A stretch of 61,551 bases of DNA, counting the filler. It is 4 parts of 4 records of this genome, joined end to end, with 100 filler letters (N's around TTAATTAATTAA, not from the genome) between each part and the next. Parts side by side here need not be neighbours in the genome. Positions count along the whole stretch, not along the records: positions 22,370 to 52,725 come from SRR20825019_926; 3 more parts are not named here. One strand, written 5' to 3'. How positions within the stretch are numbered: the stretch's first letter is position 1; each line of letters starts with the position of its first letter. Below are positions 31,345 through 42,141 of the stretch, in pieces. A model generated the notes under the pieces. It was not told where the DNA came from, made no database searches, and saw nothing but the letters and a program-made list of their open reading frames with translations. The translations under genes and the position numbers were made by a program.

Positions 31345-32559
31345 TTAATACTCAGTTAGTAAGTAATTTTTTCTTATTGCTATAAAACTTCCATTATAAG
31401 TCGTGACATGATTCACATAAGGAGGAATTTTATATGTTCTGATTTTATTTCCATTAATATGATTAAATAAATGCCCTTTACTTTTTGAATCAAAAATAAT
31501 AATCCCTTCTTTAGTATAAATTGGAGTAGTTATAAAACTATTTACATCTATGAATCTAGTTTTATCCTTATTTACATAAATATCTGTAGCCCAAATAACT
31601 TTTCCATCATTTTTTGATATAGCAATAATCTGCATAGCATTTGTTGTTGCAAAAATAGCATTACCTATAATTGAAAAATTTTGTATGTCCTTAATTTCCT
31701 TGCTATAAATAGTTTTAAAATCTTTCATATTCATTTTGATTAGATTATTGTTATTTACATGAGCATAACAATTTGATTCATCAATTATAGGGCCATAACT
31801 TACACCTTGATTTGACCAAGAAGAGTTATGAGTTAAATTTTTATCAAGTTCAGCATAGTGTATTTTTTCTCCTGAGTAAGAATTATAAAAATTTAACTGA
31901 CCATTTGTAAAAGCACTAAGAACAGTATTAATATAACATTTTGGTAATACATCATTATTGTTTTCTATCTGAGTACTCCATGATTTGTCATTCCAAATAA
32001 TGTTATAATCATTTTTATTAATTCCTATTACCTCATTACTAATTGTTTGAAGTATAATATTTCCTCCGCAATGTATTGGTGATGATCTTAATATTCCATT
32101 AAATTTAATTCTTCTAACTTCAGTTCCATCTTCTGAATTTAAAATATAAAGATAATTATTTCCTATAGTAATATATAAAATACCATCAACCTTTATAATG
32201 CCTCCACCATAATTTTTAAATTCAGCGTTTTGTAATAACTTATTTGTCCATATCTTTTTTTTACTATCCATATCAAAACAACTAACTGTATTTGATTCAT
32301 CCACATAGTACATATTTCCATTTATTATTGTAGGTAAAGCTATAAGGTCATAACTAGATAATTTTTTACTTTTATAATTTCTTTTAAAATTTACTAAAGA
32401 TAAATCAGGATCGCTAGGAAGTTCTATTTTAAAATCCCTACTCTCTACCTTTATTCTTGATGAAAAATCAATTAAATAACTCTTAGATCCCTTTTCAGTA
32501 CATGCAGATAGTAAAAGTACAAACAATAAACATAATAATCCACTAAAATTAAATTTCAT
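31345..32559 (-). CDS. bamB: BamB-like PQQ beta-propeller lipoprotein
   Basis: Lipobox LLSAC; PQQ-like repeats (DGKVIW); follows a YfgM-like gene. Confidence 0.75.
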   Translation of the reverse strand: MKFNFSGLLCLLFVLLLSACTEKGSKSYLIDFSSRIKVESRDFKIELPSDPDLSLVNFKRNYKSKKLSSYDLIALPTIINGNMYYVDESNTVSCFDMDSKKKIWTNKLLQNAEFKNYGGGIIKVDGILYITIGNNYLYILNSEDGTEVRRIKFNGILRSSPIHCGGNIILQTISNEVIGINKNDYNIIWNDKSWSTQIENNNDVLPKCYINTVLSAFTNGQLNFYNSYSGEKIHYAELDKNLTHNSSWSNQGVSYGPIIDESNCYAHVNNNNLIKMNMKDFKTIYSKEIKDIQNFSIIGNAIFATTNAMQIIAISKNDGKVIWATDIYVNKDKTRFIDVNSFITTPIYTKEGIIIFDSKSKGHLFNHINGNKIRTYKIPPYVNHVTTYNGSFIAIRKNYLLTEY

Positions 32560-32567
32560 AACATACC

Positions 32568-33212
32568 TCAATTAACTTCTCTATAACTTAAAACTTCTAA
32601 AAACTCTTTCAATTCAGCTGAAAATATAAAATCTGTTTTTATTTTTGATACAACTTCATTAAGTTTACTCTTATTACTTAGAGATTTATAATATAATATT
32701 TTAAGCATACATATATAAGATTTAAATTGAGAATTATCTTCATCAGCATTTTCAATAAAATCTTCTATATATTTTAATTCATTTTGATTCTTATCAGCCT
32801 TATCAATTAAAATAGCAACTTTTTGTATCTTAGCATATTCTTTAGTAAAATTGTTACTTGAAGTGTTTATTAATGACTCAAGAACTTCTAATGCATTTTT
32901 TATTTCACCTTTATTCTTATGAGTTTCATATATATATAACTCCATTAAATCTTTGATTGGTTTACTTGAATTTTTAATTACTGATCTTGTATCACTTTTA
33001 ATAATATCCTTTGAATCATTATCAACTGATTTGATAAATAAATCACTAACTTTTTGTATCTCAATTGTTTCTTTATTACTAGAATATTTATAATAAGAAA
33101 TGATTAATACAGAAACTAAAAGAAATATTAAAAAAATTGGCAAGAATTTTTTGAGTGCTTCAATTTTATTAATATTTTTTTGATCCTCTATTGTTTCATC
33201 TAAAATATCCAT
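32568..33212 (-). CDS. YfgM-like / TPR membrane-anchored protein
   Basis: MDILDE start, single TM, helical domain; upstream of bamB. Confidence 0.6.
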   Translation of the reverse strand: MDILDETIEDQKNINKIEALKKFLPIFLIFLLVSVLIISYYKYSSNKETIEIQKVSDLFIKSVDNDSKDIIKSDTRSVIKNSSKPIKDLMELYIYETHKNKGEIKNALEVLESLINTSSNNFTKEYAKIQKVAILIDKADKNQNELKYIEDFIENADEDNSQFKSYICMLKILYYKSLSNKSKLNEVVSKIKTDFIFSAELKEFLEVLSYREVN

Positions 33213-33225
33213 AACATATAATAAT

Positions 33226-33912
33226 TTATTTACGTTTTATGCTACAATTAATTTTAAAGCATGTATCATCAATTCTTTTTTTAAGACTTAATGATATATC
33301 TTTAAATTCATTTACAAGTTTATTAAGAGTTTCACAAGCTTCATCCTTTTTATCAAGCTCTATAAGCGACAAAGATAATTTTAATAAGGACTCAGAAGCT
33401 TTATTACCCCTTGGGAATTTTTTATAACCATTTAAAAAATATATACCAGAATTATTAAAATCTTTTTGTCTAAAACAAGATTCCCCGCACCAAAAATAAG
33501 CATTACTTAACTTATCACTCAAAGGATAAGATTTAATAAAAGTTAAAAATCTTTCATATGAAAGTTTGTAATTTCCGTCTTTTAGAGCAGCAAGTGCAAG
33601 ATCATATTCTTTTTTTTCTTTTTCTATAGATTTATACAAGGAAGCATTGTCACTTTTACTACTATTTTTTGATTCTGAAATCTTTGAGTAATTATTCTCA
33701 AGTGCATCTAGTCTTTCTCTATTTACCTTTATATTATGCTCAATTACTTCAATCTTTCCATGGAGCTCTTTTATATTATTATTAATTTCATTTATATCTC
33801 TCCATAAATTTGGAGCTTGTTCAAATATTTCTTCTTCTCCTTCTATATTTCCAAAAGCAGTTAATAATATAATAGAACTTAAAGTAATAGCTAACTTTTT
33901 CATAATACTCAA
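33226..33912 (-). CDS. cpoB: Tol-Pal system protein CpoB/YbgF
   Basis: Coiled coil followed by TPRs: NAYFWCGE, FLNGYKKFPRGNKASESLLKL, EAC. Confidence 0.88.
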   Translation of the reverse strand: MSIMKKLAITLSSIILLTAFGNIEGEEEIFEQAPNLWRDINEINNNIKELHGKIEVIEHNIKVNRERLDALENNYSKISESKNSSKSDNASLYKSIEKEKKEYDLALAALKDGNYKLSYERFLTFIKSYPLSDKLSNAYFWCGESCFRQKDFNNSGIYFLNGYKKFPRGNKASESLLKLSLSLIELDKKDEACETLNKLVNEFKDISLSLKKRIDDTCFKINCSIKRK

Positions 33913-34119
33913 ATTTAAAGCTTCAATTATATATATTATAATAAATTATATCAAGATAGTTAGTATTTAATATTGATAACAAATCATAGAATTTATCATG
34001 ATAAATAATATTGAGCTAACTTTTTTAATAAATAACTCAAATATATATTCAACCTAGAAATAATTGCATGACGCTATCAAATATGTTATCATCAACTTAT
34101 CGATCCATAGATTAGCTAT

Positions 34120-35493
34120 ATGAATGACAGTTTTAAGAGTTTGACATTTTTAGATGAGAATAATCCTCATCCTTTAGAGCCAGAAAGATCTATATCTCCC
34201 AGTACATTTATAGAAGGGAAAGAGTTTTCTTTGTATAATGATGCTAACATAGATATACTTATTGAAGATTTTAAAAAATTTAATGATAAATTACATGAAC
34301 AATTTAAAAACCTAAAAGAAGCATTAGTAAATTTCAAGTTTAAGTGTGATCCTCCTACTCCAGCCTATTTTTCTACTTATTCGGAACAGATTGAATGGTG
34401 TAAAAATAATTTAAATTTAAGTAGCCCTATTTATTTCATTGACAGCTATGATATTAATAATCAAGAAATAAAACATTATGGTCTGAATGTAAGTAAATTT
34501 AGCAATAATATTAGCGCTTCGCTTGATGAAATGAATTTGATTGTCAATAAGGATATAGACGAAGAATTAGGTTTTGACTGTGATATGACCAGTAATGCAG
34601 CATCTTCAAGAAGTAGTAGTCATAAGCAAAGTAGTGCAGGACAAAGCTCAAGTAGTAACAAGTTTACAAAGAAGTCAATCAAAAAGCTGTTACTTCATCC
34701 TTTAGAGCTCATTCTAATTCATAAAGCAATACATAATGAGTTAGATGAAATTGGAAAAGTTGTAGTAGTAGATATTCTTGAAAGAAAAGATGGAGTAATT
34801 TCTTTTCAAGACACAAACAATAATATACCTGAAACTCATTCTGTTTTACTAAATCTAAGTCATAAGCACAATGGAAAAAATGTTGTAGCAGTTATAGATC
34901 CTAATAATTCCTCTCATAGTTATATAATTAAGTCATATAATTTTCTAGTTAATGACTCAGACTATAACTTTATTGCGCAAGATCCAACTGACAAAGGAAT
35001 AAAAAAGATTTATACTGCACAATCTGGAAATACTGGACCAAATATTGATGCACATAGAGATTGTACTGATATAGCTCTCAAAATGGGTTCTGCAATTTTA
35101 ACAGATAAATCTCAAAAAGATTATAGTAGGCTAGAAACTGATATTAGTAAGCTAGATCCAGATTCTACAGATATAGCTAAACAAGTTTATAACACAAAGG
35201 TAATTAATGATTTTCAATACTCATATTCAACTGCTCCAATTGAAGATTGTCCTACGAGGATCTTACATACTTCTGATTATGATTTGAGAAATAAAATAGT
35301 GACCATGTTCAAGAAAATTAATAAGTTTAAAAAAGATAACTATGATCATTATCCTTCTTTTGAAGAAGATGTGTCTATAAAGTATAAGTTTATTGAAAGT
35401 AATTATAATCATGGAACCGAAGAAAAAATATATTTGGACATGATTGATTTTTTAAACGGTATTGATAGTAATTTTGGTTGGGACCATGAGTAA
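34120..35493 (+). CDS. Hypothetical protein with candidate His240-Asp260-Cys315 catalytic triad
   Basis: 457-aa ORF; Ser-rich linker; motifs ETHSVLL, VIDPNN, HRDCTDIA. Confidence 0.75.
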   Translation: MNDSFKSLTFLDENNPHPLEPERSISPSTFIEGKEFSLYNDANIDILIEDFKKFNDKLHEQFKNLKEALVNFKFKCDPPTPAYFSTYSEQIEWCKNNLNLSSPIYFIDSYDINNQEIKHYGLNVSKFSNNISASLDEMNLIVNKDIDEELGFDCDMTSNAASSRSSSHKQSSAGQSSSSNKFTKKSIKKLLLHPLELILIHKAIHNELDEIGKVVVVDILERKDGVISFQDTNNNIPETHSVLLNLSHKHNGKNVVAVIDPNNSSHSYIIKSYNFLVNDSDYNFIAQDPTDKGIKKIYTAQSGNTGPNIDAHRDCTDIALKMGSAILTDKSQKDYSRLETDISKLDPDSTDIAKQVYNTKVINDFQYSYSTAPIEDCPTRILHTSDYDLRNKIVTMFKKINKFKKDNYDHYPSFEEDVSIKYKFIESNYNHGTEEKIYLDMIDFLNGIDSNFGWDHE

Positions 35494-35537
35494 ATTATAT
35501 ATATTATAACATTTAGACAATATTATATATTAAAAAA

Positions 35538-38500
35538 GTGAATAAAATTGAACATAAGCTATTCTTGTTGTGTAGAGCAGAACAAGTTAAAAAAGTCAAG
35601 GATTTGCTTTCTTCAAATCCAGATTTAGTCATTACTTTCGATAATTGTAGAATATTCAAAGTTGCATTCGACATAGGAGACTTGGATTTAGTGCAGATTC
35701 TACTGTCTCATCTAACTAAGTTAGAAACTCAAGGGAAAAGTTCTAAAGAAATTAGATTGGCGCATAAAAAGATTTATTCTATGATAGAAGAAGCTATGGA
35801 GGACGTTGAGGTTTCTTCAGAAACCTACTCCTTTATAGATAATTATTTTGATCATTTAGATGCAAACAAATCTGTTAACACCTCAAGAACAGCATTTTCA
35901 GTTGATTTAAATAACGTTGAGCCAATCAAATCCATTTTGAAAAATAAGGAATCATCTAAAAAAAATTATAATGTTAACTTTGATTTAGTAGAGACGAGTT
36001 TAAACACAGACATTATTAACAATAGTTATCTTGAAAAAATTTCTAAACAAAATATAGGAGCTAAATCAATAATAAGCAACTGGGACTCAGAAAATGCTTC
36101 AATCCAGTTAGATAGTGAAAATAAGGATTCTAGTGTAGACTATATAAATTCTAGTATTGAAACTAAAAATGAATACAAATCATACTCAGATAATAATCCT
36201 CATTATAAACCTCTAAACTATGATATATCTTATGATTTTAATGTAATTTCTAATTCACATTTAGAATATTTTTCTATTGCTTTTTCTTACTTAGAGCCTC
36301 AGATAAATTTTACTTATAAGAATACTCCTATGGAATTAAAAAAAGCTAGAAACTATTTAAAGCAAGGTAAATTTCGGGATTATGAGAATCTATTAATAAT
36401 GATCTCTGAAAAATATCCAGATGAAATAAGTCCTCATGTTGGATTAATTAAACTTTATCTAAATCAAAGATCTCCTGATAAAGCCATTAACTATTTAAAT
36501 AATATACTTTTGTCTAAAGCGAAATTTCTTTCAATTGAAGACCAAGCTAACTTATATTGCTTATATGGAATTATATTAGGTAAACTAAATCAATTTGAAC
36601 AAGCTATGATTAATTATCATAAAAGCTTATCTTTGAATGAAAATGATGATTTTACTTACCTTAATATTTTACTATCGGCTATATATTGTGGTAGACTCGA
36701 AGATTCAAAAAAATGGTGCTATAGGATAAACAAAAAAACTGACAACAACTATTTAGTATCCAGTAGTTGGTACAGTTTAGCTTTATATCATAGAAATCTA
36801 GGTAACCTAAATGAATCTTTGATTTGTATTGAATGTGCTATACAAAAAGCTCCTAATAATATTGTCTATTATGCACTTAAGCATCACATATTAATTATTA
36901 GAAATGAAATTGAAAAATCTATTTCTGTATGTACTAAAATATTAGAACTTGATCCCAATAGTATTAAATTCATGTTTATATTGGGAGTGACATATATGAG
37001 TCTAAATAAATTAGAAGAGGCAAAAGAATGCTTTTATAAAATTCTTAGCATTAAAAATTTAAGTGAACATGGAAAGTTTAGAGCTAATATTGAACTTGGA
37101 AAATTATACAGCACTGTAAATCTAAAAGAATCTATTATTCATTATAAAAACGCAATTGAGATTAGCCCTAATGATGTCGAACCATATATTAGTTTAGCTT
37201 GGGCTTACTACAAATTAAAAGACTATAATGAATCTCTAGAATATTATCGAACATCAATCAAGTTTAAACCTGCTGAATCTCTTTTACATTTTGCTCAATC
37301 CATAACACTCTTAGAATTAAATCGACTTAAAGAAGCTCTATCATCTGTAGAAAAAGCAATTTATTATAACCCCAATGCCATAGATGCTTTAGTTTTAAAA
37401 ACCTATATTTGCTTGTTAATTGAAGAGTTCGATCAAGCTATAGAATGTTCATTATTTGTTATATCAAAAGATGATAAAAACATAACTGCACTGAATCAAC
37501 TCTTGACTGCATACAGCTCAACAGGTAATTATGAACTTTCAATTAATTGTATTGATAAAATTTTAGCTTTATACCCCGAGAATCCTATTCATTTATATAA
37601 CAAGGCCTTGTTGCTTTTATATCTAAATAAAATTGATGAAGCTAAAAATCAATTTAGTCAAGCTATATTACTAGATAATCAATTAAAAAACTTGTCTCAC
37701 TTACATATTTCAGATTATTATATTAAAGAAAAAGAAATAAAGAAATCAATAGAATATTACAATCTAGTTTTAAAAGATGAAGTAGGTATATCTATATCTT
37801 GTGATTTAATGAAGTTTGTTATGACTAGTGAAGATTGTTATAATTTTTCTACTAAATTTTATCTTAGCCTGACTGGTTATAAAATTTCTAAATATAATAT
37901 TAAGGATGAACATAACATAACTTCTATTACTTCCTTTTTAGAATTTGCATTGAAATCCACAGAATCACCTTATTCTTATCTACTAATGCTAGCAAAATAT
38001 TATTTACTAGAAAAAAATGAAGAGGAAGCATCTTTCTTTCTTGGACAATGCACATCTGTTCCTTCTCAAGATTTTGAGCTACTATATTTAGCAGCTAGAA
38101 TTTCAAGTAAAAATAAAAGTAAGTTTATTGATTCAATACAGTGTTATGAGTTTGCTATTAATATGTTAAAAAATCAATCTGAGATTTCAGAATGTTGTAA
38201 TAGTTCAATAAATGAATATCTATCTAATCTATATATTTTAAAAGGCAAAGTTTACTTTTTAAATAATGAAATAGATAACTCAATAAATTGTTTGCTTGAA
38301 GGACATAACTATCACCCAAGTAGCGAGGCTATTAGATATTTTGCTAAATCAATCCATAATAAACGTAGTGAGTTAAACGATAAAAATATACTCATAATTG
38401 ATAAGATGATAGGCTCATTTAGTAATACTCTTGATATTACTAATATTGATAATAATTTAATTGAGCATATTGTAAGTAAATTAAAATACTTGTCTAAAGA

Positions 38501-38792
38501 ATTTTCTAGACATTATGATAAAGATTTTATCACTAAATCTTTTATTCCAGTTTTTGAAAAAATCATCTCTGAATTTGATATTAAAAACTCTAGCTTATCA
38601 AATTTCTTATATTCTATAAAGTATGTATTAATTAGTCTACCAAGCTGTGAACATAATAATGAAAATGATCAAGATCTTGTTAACTTAGATATTGAAAAGT
38701 TAGTATCTGAGCAAATCATAGATATAGTCTTAGATGATATCCAGCCTGCCCCAATAGGTGGTGATTTAAATGATACTGCTTCTAGTATCTAA
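35538..38792 (+). CDS. Large TPR protein with ankyrin-like N-terminus
   Basis: N-terminal FKVAFDIGDLDLVQILL; more than 10 TPR-like units (ILELDPN, AIEISPND, AIYYNPN, ILALYPEN); acidic C-tail. Confidence 0.85.
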   Translation: MNKIEHKLFLLCRAEQVKKVKDLLSSNPDLVITFDNCRIFKVAFDIGDLDLVQILLSHLTKLETQGKSSKEIRLAHKKIYSMIEEAMEDVEVSSETYSFIDNYFDHLDANKSVNTSRTAFSVDLNNVEPIKSILKNKESSKKNYNVNFDLVETSLNTDIINNSYLEKISKQNIGAKSIISNWDSENASIQLDSENKDSSVDYINSSIETKNEYKSYSDNNPHYKPLNYDISYDFNVISNSHLEYFSIAFSYLEPQINFTYKNTPMELKKARNYLKQGKFRDYENLLIMISEKYPDEISPHVGLIKLYLNQRSPDKAINYLNNILLSKAKFLSIEDQANLYCLYGIILGKLNQFEQAMINYHKSLSLNENDDFTYLNILLSAIYCGRLEDSKKWCYRINKKTDNNYLVSSSWYSLALYHRNLGNLNESLICIECAIQKAPNNIVYYALKHHILIIRNEIEKSISVCTKILELDPNSIKFMFILGVTYMSLNKLEEAKECFYKILSIKNLSEHGKFRANIELGKLYSTVNLKESIIHYKNAIEISPNDVEPYISLAWAYYKLKDYNESLEYYRTSIKFKPAESLLHFAQSITLLELNRLKEALSSVEKAIYYNPNAIDALVLKTYICLLIEEFDQAIECSLFVISKDDKNITALNQLLTAYSSTGNYELSINCIDKILALYPENPIHLYNKALLLLYLNKIDEAKNQFSQAILLDNQLKNLSHLHISDYYIKEKEIKKSIEYYNLVLKDEVGISISCDLMKFVMTSEDCYNFSTKFYLSLTGYKISKYNIKDEHNITSITSFLEFALKSTESPYSYLLMLAKYYLLEKNEEEASFFLGQCTSVPSQDFELLYLAARISSKNKSKFIDSIQCYEFAINMLKNQSEISECCNSSINEYLSNLYILKGKVYFLNNEIDNSINCLLEGHNYHPSSEAIRYFAKSIHNKRSELNDKNILIIDKMIGSFSNTLDITNIDNNLIEHIVSKLKYLSKEFSRHYDKDFITKSFIPVFEKIISEFDIKNSSLSNFLYSIKYVLISLPSCEHNNENDQDLVNLDIEKLVSEQIIDIVLDDIQPAPIGGDLNDTASSI

Positions 38793-39003
38793 TTTTTTTA
38801 TTTATTACTATATATCTAATCCTGAATGTATTTAATTTTATAATTATCTTATCTATTAATGTTTTAATATTTTTTGATAAGATAATTAATATAAATATTC
38901 CTAAAAAGTTTATATTACTATAAATTTAAAATTAACTTATGTTTAATTCATTCATGATTAATCTAATTAGTATTAATTAATTTTATTATTTTGAATAATG
39001 CTT

Positions 39004-39570
39004 TTATCCTTCCTCAGAATATGTGACACCAAGTTTTTCTAGCTCATATCTATATCTATCACAAAAGCCTTCTATTTGGCCTGCATAATTATAATCATTG
39101 TATGTAAAAGCCTTAATAGCTGCTTGCACCCTAGGTAAGTTACCTTCATCAACCATAGCTATAAATTCAGAAATTTTATATAATATCTCTAAAGGCATAC
39201 TAGTTAAACTTATATTATTGCTTTTTGATGAAGTTTCAGCTTTTTCACTTATAGAAATCAATTTTTACAACATATAGATATATTTTTAAAGACAAAATAT
39301 TAATTCTATCATATGATTTTAAGTTTATTATGTGAACCCGTATTTCAGAACTGTACCTTCAAACCAATTATTAAATGGATCAAGCATTATAATATATTTC
39401 ATATTTAATAATTGTTCTTCAAAACAAGCACTCATAAATACATCTTGTTCATCATGTTGAATCATTTTACGCACTATAGATATATCATTTATAGATTTCA
39501 CTAAATTGATTAATATATCTATATGAACTTATTCTGATGCAATCCTAAAACTCATTCAGGTCAATTTCAT
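39004..39570 (-). pseudogene. Decayed ankyrin-repeat / F-box effector-like gene
   Basis: One reading frame from 39570 with several in-frame stops: SFRIASE*VHIDILINL and MIQHDEQDVFMSAC (ankyrin-like), continuing into the 85-aa ORF with F-box-like LTSMPLEILYKISEFI. Confidence 0.6.
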
Positions 39571-39645
39571 TTAATATATGTTTTTATTCACCTATAAATT
39601 CTATTATTTCATACTGAACAGCTCTTGAAGCTATTTTATAAATTT

Positions 39646-40566
39646 CTATTTTAAATTTTTATATTTTAAAAAATCACTAAAATACTTTGGAATAGTAGCT
39701 TTATAACTAATTTGTTTATTGAATAACTTTGGATTTAAAATAGATTCATATGAATGTAGCATCATGTTTGTATTTTTTTCTCCTAAATATTTCTTGTCAC
39801 CAATTATAGCTCCCCCTAATAATAAAGAATGCTTTCTGATTTGATGTTTTTTACCAGAAATTGGATTAAACTTAATTAAATTATACTCTCCTGACTTTTC
39901 TAGTAATTCAAATTTAGTTATTAAATCATTTCCTGATACTTTATTTTTATTAAAACTATCAATTGAAATTATTTCATTATTAATTATTACTCCTTTATCT
40001 TTATTAATATCTCCTTTTGTAATAGCTAAATAATATTTTTCAATTAATCTTTCTTTAAAAGCACTAGTTAAAATAGATGCTGGCTTTAAACCTTTTGCAA
40101 TAAATAATAAGCCACTTGTATCTTTATCTAGCCTATGAACTAGTCTATATTTATCAAAATAATCAATATTTATATTAGCATAATTTAATGCATCATTAAT
40201 TGAATGACTAACTTTTGAACCTCCTTGAGTAGCAATTTTATTAGGTTTATTTATTACTAAATAATCTTTTGTATCAGATATTAAATAATTATTTAATATC
40301 TTTTCCCAAACTATTTTTGAAGTAATAGAGCTATCTATTTTTATGGCTGAATTAAAATTTTCTAAATATTTTGGATATGTTACTATATCACCATATTTTA
40401 AAATATAACTAGAACTAGACTTATTATTATTTACAAGAATTTTTCTTTTTCTTAATAGTTTTTCTAAAACCCCTTGAGTGAGACCTTGATGTATCGACTT
40501 TAAATATTTATCAATTCTTATTTTAATATCTTTTCTTAAGAATTTGATAGTTAATAACTCAATCAA
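39646..40566 (-). CDS. rluC: RluA-family pseudouridine synthase (RluC-like)
   Basis: S4 domain RIDKYL; INKP...QGG; VHRLDKDTSG; GKKHQIR. Confidence 0.88.
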   Translation of the reverse strand: MIELLTIKFLRKDIKIRIDKYLKSIHQGLTQGVLEKLLRKRKILVNNNKSSSSYILKYGDIVTYPKYLENFNSAIKIDSSITSKIVWEKILNNYLISDTKDYLVINKPNKIATQGGSKVSHSINDALNYANINIDYFDKYRLVHRLDKDTSGLLFIAKGLKPASILTSAFKERLIEKYYLAITKGDINKDKGVIINNEIISIDSFNKNKVSGNDLITKFELLEKSGEYNLIKFNPISGKKHQIRKHSLLLGGAIIGDKKYLGEKNTNMMLHSYESILNPKLFNKQISYKATIPKYFSDFLKYKNLK

Positions 40567-40568
40567 TC

Positions 40569-42080
40569 TTACTGATTCTCTTTATTTAAAATAAATTGAT
40601 TTAATAATTTAACTCCAAAACCAGAAGCCCCGATTTGATTAGCAGATTTTCTTTTATCCCATGCAACTCCTGCTATATCTAGATGTGCCCATTCAACATC
40701 TTCCTTTACAAAATTTGATAAAAATGCAGCAGCCGTTGAACTACCTGCAGAACCTCCTTCTTTACCAATATTTGCAAGATCTGCACTTATAGATTTTATC
40801 ATTTCATCATAATCTTTGTGTAGTGGCATTCTCCATATTTCTTCATCAACATCCTTACCAGCTTGAACAAGATCATTGCTGAGTTCATCACTATTTGTAA
40901 AACAACCAGCATAAGTTGATCCAAGAGAAACAACAATAGCGCCAGTTAAAGTTGCGAGATCTATCATGATTTTAGGTGAATATTTTTCCTGTACATACCA
41001 CATAATATCTGCAAGCACTAGTCTTCCCTCTGCATCCGTATTTTGTACTTCCACAGTTTTACCAGACATCGTAGTTACAATATCACCAGGTCTTTGAGCT
41101 CCACCTCCAGGCATATTCTCAACAAGTCCAACAATACCAACAACATTAACTTTAGCTTTTCTTAGAGCTAAAGATTTCATGGTTCCTACAACAGAAGCTG
41201 AACCAGCCATGTCATATTTCATTTGCTCCATTCTTTGAGGAGGTTTTAATGATATTCCCCCTGTGTCAAATGTTACTCCTTTACCAACTAAAGATATATA
41301 TTCTTGCGAATCTTCATCACCCTTATATACCATAGTTACTATTTTAGACTCATTTATAGATCCCTGACCTACTCCAATTATTGCTCCCATTCCATTAGCT
41401 CTCATTTCTCTCTCTCCCATAACTTCAACAGAAATATCAAGCTGTTTAAATTCATTCACAATTAGTTCTGCATAAGTACCTGGATATAAAATATTTCCAG
41501 GCTCATTCACTAAGTCTTTTGTAAAAAATACCCCCTGATTAATTGAATGGTAATTATTATAATATTCTTTAGATTTTTTAGTATTTTGAACTAATATATT
41601 TATATCACATTTAACTTGAGTAGTATTTTCTTCATTATTTGTTTTATATTTATTAAACTCATAGCTTTCAAGTTCAATACCAGAAGCTATCATTGCTGCA
41701 ACTTCTTGTTTTGATATCGAAGCAAGATTAATATCAACAGGAATTAAAATACTAGGTAACTTTAAAGATTTTTGTATTTTAAGAATAATATTACCAAGCC
41801 CTTCTATTTTATGATTTTCAATTGCCCTATCATCTCCAATACCTATTAAAATTATATTTCTAATTTTTCCTTCTGGCCTATAGTGAGTAAGATGTTTATG
41901 CTGGCCATATTTTCCCTGGAAATATGTTTTATCTTCCAAAGAATTTGATATAAGTCCAGTACAATCTTGATCCAGCTTCAGACCTTCCTGAGAGAGCCTC
42001 ATTTGATCATCAACTAAAATAAAAACAGATTCATCTGAATCAATAACACTTGAATCTTTAAATAATAAATTAATTTCCAT
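40569..42080 (-). CDS. pepA: Leucyl aminopeptidase (M17)
   Basis: VGKGVTFDTGGISLK, MKYDMAG, NTDAEGRL. Confidence 0.96.
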   Translation of the reverse strand: MEINLLFKDSSVIDSDESVFILVDDQMRLSQEGLKLDQDCTGLISNSLEDKTYFQGKYGQHKHLTHYRPEGKIRNIILIGIGDDRAIENHKIEGLGNIILKIQKSLKLPSILIPVDINLASISKQEVAAMIASGIELESYEFNKYKTNNEENTTQVKCDINILVQNTKKSKEYYNNYHSINQGVFFTKDLVNEPGNILYPGTYAELIVNEFKQLDISVEVMGEREMRANGMGAIIGVGQGSINESKIVTMVYKGDEDSQEYISLVGKGVTFDTGGISLKPPQRMEQMKYDMAGSASVVGTMKSLALRKAKVNVVGIVGLVENMPGGGAQRPGDIVTTMSGKTVEVQNTDAEGRLVLADIMWYVQEKYSPKIMIDLATLTGAIVVSLGSTYAGCFTNSDELSNDLVQAGKDVDEEIWRMPLHKDYDEMIKSISADLANIGKEGGSAGSSTAAAFLSNFVKEDVEWAHLDIAGVAWDKRKSANQIGASGFGVKLLNQFILNKENQ

Positions 42081-42141
42081 ATTAATACCTAGAATAAATT
42101 ATGATAGTCCTCCTACATTTGCCCTCCATTTTAGTTTATAT

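Noticed and set aside
34120-38792. cifA-cifB (cytoplasmic incompatibility) pair, suggested by the 457 + 1084 aa sizes in a Rickettsiales genome
   Set aside because: The large protein is TPR-based with no visible PD-(D/E)XK or Ulp1 domain, and the candidate triad is in the upstream gene; the resemblance is in size only
39261-39570. Stop-codon reassignment explaining the in-frame TAA/TGA
   Set aside because: Neighbouring genes are intact under the standard code and end in TAA/TAG/TGA; decay is the simpler explanation
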